This document shows, in pieces, positions 16,749 to 25,364 of a DNA stretch of 54,707 bases; within the stretch, counting starts at the first letter, position 1, and every line of letters begins with the position of its first letter. The notes under the pieces are model-generated. The model made no database searches. It saw only the letters and a program-made list of their open reading frames with translations, and was not told the DNA's origin. Source of the DNA: an uncultured Verrucomicrobiota bacterium. GTDB lineage: Bacteria > Verrucomicrobiota > Kiritimatiellia > CAIKKV01 > CAITUY01. Position numbers and translations under genes: made by a program. The stretch is taken from the NCBI GenBank assembly GCA_964584205.1, contig CAZOZF010000003.1, forward strand, positions 5,476 to 60,182, in the 5' to 3' direction.

Positions 16749-19031
16749 ATGGCGACACCCGATAGTTTTGAGCAAAAAAAGGTTGATCCCCGAATCTATC
16801 TCGGGATTCTGGTCTTTCGCTGGAAACTGATCGTCATTTGTTTTCTCTACTGTCTGCTGGGCGGGGTACTGTATCTTCAATTCGCCCCGAAGCAATACGC
16901 GACGTCCGCCGCCGTCATGATCTATCGTGATCCCTCAACCCAGATCGATTCGCAGAATTATCGCTGGACGGAAAGTCAAACCCATATCGATCTGCTGGAA
17001 AGCGAAGGGTTTCAAAAGCGCATCATGGAGCGTCTGGCGCCCCGCTGGTTGAAGAGGATGGGGGGCGACGCCGATGAGTTGCTGCCGAATTTCAAGGTGG
17101 CGGGGGGAGGCCGGGCCCGGACGGGACGGCCGGAAGCCGGCATTACCATGCGACTGGATGTGCGCAATGCCCATCCCGCCTATGCCCGGGCGTTCCTTAA
17201 GGAAGCGATTAAGGAATTTCAGATCCAGCGTGCCTTGATCAAGCAGCAATCCTATGGTTCAGCCACCCGGATCCTGGATGATGAGTTGATCCGGTTGCGG
17301 GATCAGATCCGTTCCGCCGAGGATGATGTGATTGAATTCCAGCGCGTGAACCAGATGGAATATGTCCAGGCCAAGGGAAGCCTTGAATTGGGATATCTGA
17401 ATCAGCTGGTGGGTCGGCAACAGCAGCTCAGCACCGAGAAATGGATGCTGGAGGTGCAGTACCCGAAGTTGAAGGGGAAGTCGATGGAGCTGATCCAGTC
17501 GGCTCTGGCCATGACCAAGACAACGGGGGCGATTGCGCCTCCGACCACCTCAACGAATACGGTTGAGGGGGGGGCGGTCGTGAAGGAGTCCGAGAAGGTG
17601 GTTGCAGAACTGGATGACGGCAAGAGCTGGCAGGATGCCCGGCTTAAGCTGGCCCGTCTGGAGCAGCAACGCAAGGAGCTGGCGGTTTATACCCAGCCCG
17701 GGAATCCGAAATTACGGGCCCTGGATGACGAAATTGCCGCCTTCCATAAGGATATTAATCTTCAGACGGATCTCCAATACTCAAAGGTGCAGGAGCGGGT
17801 GGCCGCCATCACCTACCAGTTGGATGCGCTGGACGAGGCTCAGCGGCGGTGGCGCAGTTCGTATTTGATGGCGAGCAAGAAAACCTCGGAGCTCCGGCAG
17901 TTGCAGTCTGCGGTGACCCGGCTTGAAATGATGCATGCCCAGTTGCAGATCAAGCTGAGCGACATGAAGGTGGACCAGGAAATCAAAGGGGAGCATTTTA
18001 TCATCGTCCAGCCCGTCAAAACGGACGAGAAAACCGTCTGGCCGGATCCGCTTAAAGTCCTGATCGCCGTGCTGGTGGCGGGCATCGGTTCGGGCCTGGG
18101 TCTGGCCATGGTTGCCTATTTCTTTGACGACAAGGTTCAGTCGGTGCTGGATGTGGAATCCTCCGTGGGCGTTCCCTTTCTCGGCGGGGTTCCCTTCTGG
18201 GTGCATGGCGATCTGACCAACCGGGTGCGGCCGATCGTGAGTGATGAACACCGGTCCGGTGCGGCGGAAGCCTACCGGGCGCTCCGGACCAATGTGTTGT
18301 CAGCCGTGGAGAAGGCCGGCAAGAAGGTGGTGGTGGTTACCAGTGCTGACTCCAAGGAAGGCAAGACACTGACCACGCTGAACCTTTCGATCATGATTGC
18401 CAAGACCGGCAAAAAGGTGCTGTTGCTGGACATGGATCTGCGCCGCGGGCTCCTGCACAAATCCTTTGAACGGGAGCGCGCGCCGGGCATTGTGGATGTG
18501 CTGAAGGAGAAACGGCCGCTGACCGATGTGATCGTGACAACCTCTCATGAGAATCTCTGGTTTGCGCCGGCCGGTTCGATCGATAAGAACACCTCTGAGC
18601 TGCTGCATTCCGTTGACCTCGAGGTCTTCCTGGCTCCGTTGCTGGAGCAGTATGACTATATCCTCATGGATACGGCACCGGTCTTGCGTGTCACGGATAC
18701 GGTGATTCTGGCTGGCTGTCCCCTGGCTTGCGTGGTCTATGTGGCACACGCCAATCGCACCTCCAAGCCGACCATCAAGTACTCCCTCGACATGCTCGGG
18801 GATGTTCACATTATCGGCATGATTGTGAACAGTATTGATATGCATCGCATCAGCAGCCTTTATTACGCCTACCAGTATCCGAATTATGCCTACTACAGTT
18901 ACGCCTATCGATACGGCTATAACTATGACCTGTATGATGAACATGGCCGCCGCACGCCGATGAGCCCCCTGGGAAATATGCGGCGCACCCTGTCGAGATG
19001 GTTTAGAAAGACATTTCTCCCGTCTGAATAA
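16749..19031 (+). CDS. Polysaccharide co-polymerase / BY-type tyrosine autokinase (Wzc/GumC-like)
   Basis: Track ORF 16626..19031. I prefer ATG 16749 (MATPDSFEQKK...). The protein has an N-terminal TM, a long coiled-coil periplasmic region and a second TM. Kinase motifs are Walker A TSADSKEGKTLTT, A' VLLLDMDLRRG and B YDYILMDTAPV. A C-terminal Tyr cluster reads YYAYQYPNYAYYSYAYRYGYNYDLY. Confidence 0.88.
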   Translation: MATPDSFEQKKVDPRIYLGILVFRWKLIVICFLYCLLGGVLYLQFAPKQYATSAAVMIYRDPSTQIDSQNYRWTESQTHIDLLESEGFQKRIMERLAPRWLKRMGGDADELLPNFKVAGGGRARTGRPEAGITMRLDVRNAHPAYARAFLKEAIKEFQIQRALIKQQSYGSATRILDDELIRLRDQIRSAEDDVIEFQRVNQMEYVQAKGSLELGYLNQLVGRQQQLSTEKWMLEVQYPKLKGKSMELIQSALAMTKTTGAIAPPTTSTNTVEGGAVVKESEKVVAELDDGKSWQDARLKLARLEQQRKELAVYTQPGNPKLRALDDEIAAFHKDINLQTDLQYSKVQERVAAITYQLDALDEAQRRWRSSYLMASKKTSELRQLQSAVTRLEMMHAQLQIKLSDMKVDQEIKGEHFIIVQPVKTDEKTVWPDPLKVLIAVLVAGIGSGLGLAMVAYFFDDKVQSVLDVESSVGVPFLGGVPFWVHGDLTNRVRPIVSDEHRSGAAEAYRALRTNVLSAVEKAGKKVVVVTSADSKEGKTLTTLNLSIMIAKTGKKVLLLDMDLRRGLLHKSFERERAPGIVDVLKEKRPLTDVIVTTSHENLWFAPAGSIDKNTSELLHSVDLEVFLAPLLEQYDYILMDTAPVLRVTDTVILAGCPLACVVYVAHANRTSKPTIKYSLDMLGDVHIIGMIVNSIDMHRISSLYYAYQYPNYAYYSYAYRYGYNYDLYDEHGRRTPMSPLGNMRRTLSRWFRKTFLPSE

Positions 19032-19033
19032 AC

Positions 19034-20473
19034 ATGAGCTCACAACGCAGCTATTTGCATCAGCAGGTGTTCTTTTTGGCTACACTCGATGCGTTCTGTC
19101 TTCTGGGCGGCGTGGTCATCGGGATGGAGATCCGCATGGGCGGAGAGGCGATGGGGGCCTATTTCCTGGAGACGCTTCCGGGTTGGGTTTATATCGTGAT
19201 GGCGATTCAGGCCTCCAACTATGTGACCGGCGCTTACGGACTGGAGCTCAAGTCGTCCCGGTTCAACATGATGGTCAACTGGGCGTTTTCGATGACGGTG
19301 GCCATTCTCGTGGTGAGCATCACCTCCTATGCGTGGTTTAGCGCGGTTCTGGGACGCGGCGTTCTGCTCCTGGCGTTGGCGGTTTATTCGGTGTTATGGC
19401 TGATGATCCGGCTGTTGATCTACCACTACTTTTTCAAGCAGGATGTGCTGGCCTATCGTGTTGCGATCCTGGGGGTGGGGGCCCGCGCCCGGACGGATCT
19501 GGCCCTGGTTCAGAATGTCAATTTGAGACCGCGACACAAGGTGGTGGCCATGATCCAGATGGAACAGGCCCAGGCGGCATCCCCGATCCGGGTTTCGGCG
19601 ACAGAGGAGAAAGTGGCCGGGAGTCCTTCCGTGATTCACTGTGCCCCCTCGCATGTGGCCGCTACCGTCCGGTCATTGGCCTGTGATGTTCTGCTGGTCG
19701 CGGTGGATCGGGATGAGGAGCTGGCGGGTATTTATGCCCAGTTGCGACGGCTTCGGTTCGAGGGGGTGTCCGTGCTGTCGCCTCTGAATGTTTCCGAGGT
19801 GTATGGGGGGAAGGTGCCGTTGAATCTGGTGGATGAGCACTGGCTGATGAATGCCAGCCAGGGTTTTATTTCGCCGATGACCATGCGGTTCAAGCGAATG
19901 ATGGATGTCGGGCTTGTTTTGCTGGTGTCTCCGCTGGCCCTTGTGCTCACGGCTCTGGTCGCGCTGGTGGTTAAACTGACGGAGATTCGGGCGCCGGTGT
20001 TTTATTCCCAGGAGCGGACGGGCCGGTTCGGGCGGGTTTTCAGGATTCATAAATTCCGCACCATGAAAGAGGGTGCGGAAGCGGAGCAGGGCGCGGTGTG
20101 GTCGATCGAGAATGATCCGAGGGTGACGTGGGCCGGCCGTTCGCTTCGGAAGTACCGGCTGGATGAAATCCCGCAATTATGGAATATTTTCAAGGGTGAA
20201 ATGAGTCTGGTGGGGCCCCGTCCGGAGCGCCCTGAGCTGGTGGAGAAGCTGGAGAAGCTGATCCCGTATTATCGGGAACGTGAAAACATTCCGCCCGGGC
20301 TCACCGGCTGGGCCCAGATCCGCTATCCCTATGGCGCCACCATGGAAGACAGCCGGGCCAAGCTGGAGTTTGACCTGTATTATCTCCAGAACCTTTCCAT
20401 CGCCCTCGACATCCGCATTATCCTGCGAACCTTGCGGATCGTTCTGTTCGGGATGGAGCGGGAGATTCGATAG
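19034..20473 (+). CDS. Polyprenyl-phosphate sugar phosphotransferase (bacterial sugar transferase family, EPS priming enzyme)
   Basis: 479 aa with N-terminal TM helices and a C-terminal motif RKYRLDEIPQLWNIFKGEMSLVGPRPERPE typical of WbaP/EpsB-type initiating transferases. Confidence 0.9.
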   Translation: MSSQRSYLHQQVFFLATLDAFCLLGGVVIGMEIRMGGEAMGAYFLETLPGWVYIVMAIQASNYVTGAYGLELKSSRFNMMVNWAFSMTVAILVVSITSYAWFSAVLGRGVLLLALAVYSVLWLMIRLLIYHYFFKQDVLAYRVAILGVGARARTDLALVQNVNLRPRHKVVAMIQMEQAQAASPIRVSATEEKVAGSPSVIHCAPSHVAATVRSLACDVLLVAVDRDEELAGIYAQLRRLRFEGVSVLSPLNVSEVYGGKVPLNLVDEHWLMNASQGFISPMTMRFKRMMDVGLVLLVSPLALVLTALVALVVKLTEIRAPVFYSQERTGRFGRVFRIHKFRTMKEGAEAEQGAVWSIENDPRVTWAGRSLRKYRLDEIPQLWNIFKGEMSLVGPRPERPELVEKLEKLIPYYRERENIPPGLTGWAQIRYPYGATMEDSRAKLEFDLYYLQNLSIALDIRIILRTLRIVLFGMEREIR

Positions 20474-20563
20474 GGAGCGCGATTTTTCTCCCTGGCCGTT
20501 GCCAAGATGCAGCGGAATCGCTAGAGTGTTCCAACTTTTTTGACGGGATTGGAAGGATTGGCT

Positions 20564-21721
20564 ATGGCGTTGAAATGGAATTGGAGTGAGCAGCGGGCCC
20601 GCAGTGCGTTTCTGGCGTTGCAGGATGGAACCATTTTGCGGGGTCATTCGGTGGGCGCGGCAGTGGATGGATGGGGCGAGGTGGTATTCAATACCGGCAT
20701 GGCCGGCTATCAGGAAATCCTGAGCGATCCGTCCTACAGCGGACAGTTTGTCACCATGACCTGCCCTGAAATCGGGAATACCGGCATGAATCAGGCCGAT
20801 ATGGAAAGCCTCCGGCTTTTTGCCAGCGGGTTTATTCTCCACGAGATGAATACCCCGAGCAACTGGCGTGCGGACGGCTCGCTCACGGAGTATCTCGTGA
20901 AGTGGTCCATTCCCGCGATCGCAGGAGTGGATACCCGCGCCCTGACGGCGCGACTGCGGACGGAGGGAACCCAGCGCGGTTTCATGAGTGTGACGGGGCA
21001 GGTTGGGGAAGCCAGGGCCGTTCAGAAAGCCCGTGATTGGTGCGGGCTTGACGGCCAGGATTATGCCGCGAAGGTGTCCTGCAAAACTTCCTACCCCTGG
21101 GATCCGGAAGGTACGCTGACCCGGTCCTGGGGTATTGCCGAATCCCTTCCGAAATCCGATTTGAAGGTTGTGGCCTACGATTTTGGTATCAAGTGGAACA
21201 TTCTGCGGTGTTTGCGCCGAACGGGAATGGATGTGACCGTGGTGCCGGCCCAGACCCCCGCTGCCGAGGTGCTGAAGCTGAAGCCCGACGGGGTTTTTCT
21301 CTCCAATGGTCCGGCGGATCCCGCAGCGGTAACCTATGCCATCGATGCGGCCCGATTCCTGTTGGGTAAAGTGCCGATGATGGGAATTTGCCTGGGGCAT
21401 CAGATCCTGGGTCTGGCCTGCGGCGGGAAAACCTATCGCCTCAAATTCGGTCATCATGGCTGCAATCATCCGGTGAAAAACCTGCGAACCGGCGCGGTGG
21501 AGATCACCTCGCAGAACCATAATTTCGCGGTGGATCCCGCCTCCCTGGATTCGGGTGCGGTCGAGGTCACGCATCTCAATCTCAATGATCAGACCGTTGA
21601 AGGCCTTTCGCATCGGAAGGAGCCGATGTTCAGCGTTCAGTATCATCCGGAATCGTCGCCGGGGCCCCACGATCCCTATTACCTGTTTGCCCAATTCCGC
21701 GAACTGATTCGAAAGGCGTAA
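20564..21721 (+). CDS. carA: Carbamoyl-phosphate synthase small (glutaminase) subunit
   Basis: Track ORF 20540 starts at TTG. I prefer ATG 20564, which follows GGAAGGA. Motifs include [28 protein letters not shown] (catalytic Cys) and SVQYHPES. Confidence 0.93.
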   Translation: MALKWNWSEQRARSAFLALQDGTILRGHSVGAAVDGWGEVVFNTGMAGYQEILSDPSYSGQFVTMTCPEIGNTGMNQADMESLRLFASGFILHEMNTPSNWRADGSLTEYLVKWSIPAIAGVDTRALTARLRTEGTQRGFMSVTGQVGEARAVQKARDWCGLDGQDYAAKVSCKTSYPWDPEGTLTRSWGIAESLPKSDLKVVAYDFGIKWNILRCLRRTGMDVTVVPAQTPAAEVLKLKPDGVFLSNGPADPAAVTYAIDAARFLLGKVPMMGICLGHQILGLACGGKTYRLKFGHHGCNHPVKNLRTGAVEITSQNHNFAVDPASLDSGAVEVTHLNLNDQTVEGLSHRKEPMFSVQYHPESSPGPHDPYYLFAQFRELIRKA

Positions 21722-21726
21722 GAATT

Positions 21727-23271
21727 ATGCAGGGTCATAATTGGATAGCGATTCTTGATTTTGGGTCCCAGTACAGCCAGTTGATCGCGAGACGGGTTCG
21801 CGAGCAGCGGGTGTATTCCGAGCTTCTGAAATTCACCATCACGGCGGCCGAGCTGAGGGCGCGAAAACCGGCGGGCATCATCCTGTCGGGCGGTCCGGCC
21901 AGTGTGCTGGACAAGGGATCTCCCCTGTGCGATCCGGCCATTTATGACCTGGGGGTTCCGGTGCTGGGTATCTGCTACGGACAGCAGATGACCGCCAAAT
22001 TACTGAACGGCGCCGTCAAGCCGGGGCGTGAACGGGAATATGGAAGCGCCCGGGTGTCCGTGGTGGAGCCGTCCCCGCTGTTTCGGGACATGCCCCCGGA
22101 GTTGGATGTCTGGATGAGTCATGGTGACCAGGTGGAGCGGATGCCGGAGGGATTCTCCGTCATGGCCCGCACGGAGACCTGCCCGGTGGCGGCCATGGGC
22201 AATCCTGCCCGCCGTATCTACGGGTTGCAATTCCATCCCGAGGTTGTTCATACCCCTCAGGGAACGACGATCCTGTCCCGGTTCCTGTTTGATGTGTGTC
22301 AATGCCGGCCCGATTGGGAAATGGCCCAATTCATTAAAGAGAGTGTGACGGCGATTCGCGAGAGGGTCGGGGAGGGTCATGTCCTGTGCGGCCTGAGCGG
22401 AGGGGTGGACTCCTCGGTCGTGGCGGCCCTGCTGTATCGTGCCATCGGAAAGCAATTGCACTGTGTGTTTGTCGATAACGGCCTGTGCCGGGCCGGTGAG
22501 GCAAAACAGGTTGAGGAATTGTTCGGCAGGGCCTTTGGCGTTGACCTGCATGTGGCGCATGCCCAGGATCAATTCCTGTCGGCGCTGAAGGGCGTGGTGG
22601 ATCCCGAGCTGAAACGCAAGGCCATCGGAAAAACCTTTATTGATGTGTTCTCGGAAGAGGCTCGAAAATTTGGACGGGTGGATTACCTGGCGCAGGGAAC
22701 CTTGTACCCGGATGTCATTGAAAGCGCCTCGCCGCTCGGGGGGCCCTCCGTGACGATTAAAAGTCATCATAATGTGGGGGGGTTGCCGGCGGATCTCAAG
22801 TTCAAGCTGATTGAGCCGGTGCGCGAGCTTTTCAAGGATGAGGTGCGTCTGCTGGGGCGGGAGCTGGGGTTGCCGGATTATCTGGTCAACCGGCAGCCGT
22901 TTCCGGGACCGGGGCTGGCCGTCAGGATTCTGGGTGAAGTGACGGCGGAGCGCGTGACTCTGCTGCAGAAGGCGGATCAGCGGGTCCAGGAGGAAATGCT
23001 GAAAGACCCCATGTATTCGAAGATCTGGCAGTCCTTTGCCGTGTTGCTTCCCATTCAAACGGTGGGGGTCATGGGAGACAGCCGGACGTATGAAAATGTC
23101 GCCGCGATCCGTATTGTGGAGAGTCAGGACGGGATGACGGCGGACTGGTCCCGGGTTGCGTACGATACCCTGGCCAGGATGTCGACCCGGATCATCAATG
23201 AGGTCTCGGGAATCAATCGCGTGGTGTATGACATTAGTTCAAAGCCGCCGGCCACGATCGAGTGGGAATAA
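21727..23271 (+). CDS. guaA: GMP synthase (glutamine-hydrolysing)
   Basis: 514 aa with the GATase motif GICYGQQ, the ATP-PPase P-loop LSGGVDSSV and the C-terminal SKPPATIEWE. Confidence 0.97.
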   Translation: MQGHNWIAILDFGSQYSQLIARRVREQRVYSELLKFTITAAELRARKPAGIILSGGPASVLDKGSPLCDPAIYDLGVPVLGICYGQQMTAKLLNGAVKPGREREYGSARVSVVEPSPLFRDMPPELDVWMSHGDQVERMPEGFSVMARTETCPVAAMGNPARRIYGLQFHPEVVHTPQGTTILSRFLFDVCQCRPDWEMAQFIKESVTAIRERVGEGHVLCGLSGGVDSSVVAALLYRAIGKQLHCVFVDNGLCRAGEAKQVEELFGRAFGVDLHVAHAQDQFLSALKGVVDPELKRKAIGKTFIDVFSEEARKFGRVDYLAQGTLYPDVIESASPLGGPSVTIKSHHNVGGLPADLKFKLIEPVRELFKDEVRLLGRELGLPDYLVNRQPFPGPGLAVRILGEVTAERVTLLQKADQRVQEEMLKDPMYSKIWQSFAVLLPIQTVGVMGDSRTYENVAAIRIVESQDGMTADWSRVAYDTLARMSTRIINEVSGINRVVYDISSKPPATIEWE

Positions 23272-24113
23272 TGAGGGTTATGATGAATTTGTTCGCAGGA
23301 TGTGTTTGTTCGATGCTGTTGGTGTCGATTGCCGGAGCCGATACACTGACGCTTCAAAACGGCCAGATTATCAAGGGGCGTCTGACGGGTTTTGCGGGGC
23401 GGAAATTTTCGATTACGGCGGCTGATGGCTCGACGTATTCCGGATATCCCCTGGACATCAAAAGTATTGTTCCCGATGCCCCTCTCCCGGTCTCTCTTAA
23501 ATTTTCCATGAAGCAGTATGATTCCGCCGAGTTTATCCGGTTCGATCAAAACACTGTGCAGCTTAGGAAAAACAAACAGATGCTGAGTGAGCCGGTGATC
23601 CTGCTCAAGTCCATGCAGTGTAAAACCCAGAACTCCGCGGAAGAGGAGCCCCTTCCGCCGGGTGAACCCACTGTAAATAGTGTGACGCCGCCTCATGTCG
23701 ACCTGGAGGAGGCGGTCAAGCCCCGGGACTGGCAGCGTACCGGCAAATGGCGGGAAATCGAGGACGATCAGTCCACGGTGATCAGCCGGGGCGAAGAGAT
23801 CGATATTGATGCTGCGGTGAAAAAGGGGTTTATCACGGTGATCCAATTTCATCATCCCCGATCGCTGACCAGTATCCGGGAGGGGAATTATATTCAGGCG
23901 CTGGCCTCCAAAAAGATGAATCGTGTCGTGCTGTTGAAGGTGGTTGTTCAGGATTTCAAGGCGCCCATTTTGACGGCACTGAACATTCAGGGGCTTCCCC
24001 AGTTCTGGGTCTATAATGCTCAGGGAAAATTGACGAAGAAGCTTACCGACCGTTTTACCGAGGGTGATATTGATGCGGCCATCAGGGAGGCTCTCCGGGT
24101 CCGCTCGCTTTAA
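23271..24113 (+). CDS. Secreted protein with a C-terminal thioredoxin-like fold lacking the CxxC motif
   Basis: The ATG at 23271 shares one base with the guaA stop. The signal peptide is MRVMMNLFAGCVCSMLLVSIAGA. The C-terminus ITVIQFHHPRSLTSIREGNYIQALASKKMNRVVLLKVVV...GLPQFWVYNAQGKLTKK follows the thioredoxin beta-alpha-beta pattern, but the WCxxC position reads HPRSLT. Confidence 0.6.
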   Translation: MRVMMNLFAGCVCSMLLVSIAGADTLTLQNGQIIKGRLTGFAGRKFSITAADGSTYSGYPLDIKSIVPDAPLPVSLKFSMKQYDSAEFIRFDQNTVQLRKNKQMLSEPVILLKSMQCKTQNSAEEEPLPPGEPTVNSVTPPHVDLEEAVKPRDWQRTGKWREIEDDQSTVISRGEEIDIDAAVKKGFITVIQFHHPRSLTSIREGNYIQALASKKMNRVVLLKVVVQDFKAPILTALNIQGLPQFWVYNAQGKLTKKLTDRFTEGDIDAAIREALRVRSL

Positions 24114-24237
24114 GGGGTTGCGGGAGGCGTCAAAAAAGTAACGGTATAAAAGAAGTTGTCAGAAGCTAATCCCGCGTGACAGAATACTGGGGCGTGGGGA
24201 ATGATGTGGTGGTTTCGAATCACAGCGAGGATGTGTC

Positions 24238-25002
24238 ATGGCGCGGCAAAGCATGAACTGGGAAGACATGTTTCGCATTCTTGAGGCTTTCAAGAAGGAG
24301 CGGGGGCATTGTCATGTTCCGGCGAATTGGAAGCTGAACCTGCAACTCGGGCGCTGGGTGGCGATGCAACGCTACCGGCACAAGATGGGGGAGTTGCAGA
24401 AAAGCCTGGCGGCTCGCCTGGATCAAGTGGGATTCGTCTGGGCACCCGCCGAAAAAGGCTGGAACGATATGTTTCAGCGCCTCCTCAAGTACAAGAAGAA
24501 ACACGGGGACTGCGATGTTCCCTCTTCCTGTCCGGCGGATCCCAATCTCGCAAACTGGGTGGCGAACCAGCGGCACCGTAAAAAAATGGGCACCTTATCC
24601 TCCGAGCGGGTCAAAAAGTTGACCGAGATCAAGTTTGTCTGGGCGGTGTACGGAAAGAACCGGGTGGAGAAGGGCGGTTCGGCGAAACGGAAGGATGTGT
24701 CGGCTTCTATCAAGGAGGAGTCGAAGAATCCTGAGCGGCTGTATCAGGTGTGCGGGGAGTATATCCAGTATAACGGTCTTGGCGTCATCCCACCGAAACT
24801 GGATAAGTTTATCAAGATGCACGGAGGCGAATTCCCCCCCTGTATTATTTTACCCGGGACTCCTTTGATGTTCAGGATAGGCAGTCCGGATTCGACGACG
24901 TCGGTCATGAGAAAGATTCCGTGGCCCGGGAAGGGGCCGCTTCCCGAGGAGATTCTTGAATATCTGAATGAAAACGGTGCGTTGCCGTCTCATGGTGCGT
25001 GA
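24238..25002 (+). CDS. Protein with two helicase-associated (HA, PF03457-like) repeats plus an unknown C-terminal domain
   Basis: There are two repeats of the pattern W-x2-MF-x2-L-x2-(F/Y)K-x3-G(H/D)C-x-VP...L(G/A)xWV-x2-QR...L-x5-L...(G/I)(F/K)FVW, at WEDMFRILEAFKKERGHCHVP...LGRWVAMQR...VGFVW and WNDMFQRLLKYKKKHGDCDVP...LANWVANQR...IKFVW. Confidence 0.65.
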   Translation: MARQSMNWEDMFRILEAFKKERGHCHVPANWKLNLQLGRWVAMQRYRHKMGELQKSLAARLDQVGFVWAPAEKGWNDMFQRLLKYKKKHGDCDVPSSCPADPNLANWVANQRHRKKMGTLSSERVKKLTEIKFVWAVYGKNRVEKGGSAKRKDVSASIKEESKNPERLYQVCGEYIQYNGLGVIPPKLDKFIKMHGGEFPPCIILPGTPLMFRIGSPDSTTSVMRKIPWPGKGPLPEEILEYLNENGALPSHGA

Positions 25003-25031
25003 AGAATAACAGAAATAGAAAGGGCGCTCTT

Positions 25032-25310
25032 ATGACAGCGAAGTTTTCGGATTATGTCCGGGGAATGATCTGTGTCATGGTTGTGGTCCCGGTGGTGTTT
25101 CTCGCGGTTTACCCGATCGTGATGGTGACCATGCCCGAGCGACTTGCCGTTCTGGCTGATATGCCACGGGATTTGACCGTTCTGGTTTTGCTGAATACGG
25201 CGTTCATTCCGGTTCTGGGAGTGTTGTTCTATTGGCGGGCCCGGCGGCGTGCGGCGAAGTGGGCCCAGGGCGTCCCGCGTGATGAGGTGGATACCCGCGA
25301 TGTGTATTGA
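25032..25310 (+). CDS. Small two-TM membrane protein, function unknown
   Basis: Track ORF 24999 starts at GTG and overlaps the previous stop. I prefer ATG 25032 (MTAKFSDYVRGMICVMVVVPVVFLAVYPIV...LVLLNTAFIPVLGVLFYWRARRR). The coding call rests only on ORF length and the hydrophobic pattern. Confidence 0.45.
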   Translation: MTAKFSDYVRGMICVMVVVPVVFLAVYPIVMVTMPERLAVLADMPRDLTVLVLLNTAFIPVLGVLFYWRARRRAAKWAQGVPRDEVDTRDVY

Positions 25311-25364
25311 GGGGTGAGCCCTCTTGACTCTTGTCCGGAGTTCGCCTAGAAGTAGGGCTGTTTT

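Noticed and set aside
20474-20563. Small hairpins (gggag-N10-ctccc, agcg-gaa-tcgct) between the sugar transferase and carA, considered as a terminator or pyrimidine attenuator
   Set aside because: The stems are only 4-5 bp, there is no adjacent U-tract in the right position, and there is no resemblance to PyrR binding loops.
20177-21694. 505-aa ORF on the minus strand, the longest unexplained ORF in the track
   Set aside because: It lies entirely antisense to carA, whose product has clear catalytic motifs. Its translation is Arg/Gly/Pro/His-rich low-complexity sequence, typical of out-of-phase ORFs in high-GC DNA. The same reasoning rejects these antisense ORFs:
- 22000..23058 (antisense to guaA)
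- 23124..23855
- 25437..26642 (pilB)
- 27135..28046 (pilC)
- 29723..31132 and 31090..32640 (gcvPA/PB)
- 42476..43258, 43255..44148 and 43937..44656 (clpC)
- 45225..46073 (ffh)
- 46203..47063 (trmD)
- 47480..48220 (rnhB)
- 48951..49943 (purB)
- 51224..52129 (membrane protein)
25324-25352. Sigma-70-like TTGACT-N17-TAGAAG upstream of pilB, and TTGCTT-N18-AAGAAT at 9544-9573 upstream of the OMP gene
   Set aside because: These are only 4/6 matches at -10. The pilB one would leave a leader of about 6 nt. The promoter consensus of this (probably PVC) lineage is unknown to me, so the evidence is too weak to list them as features.
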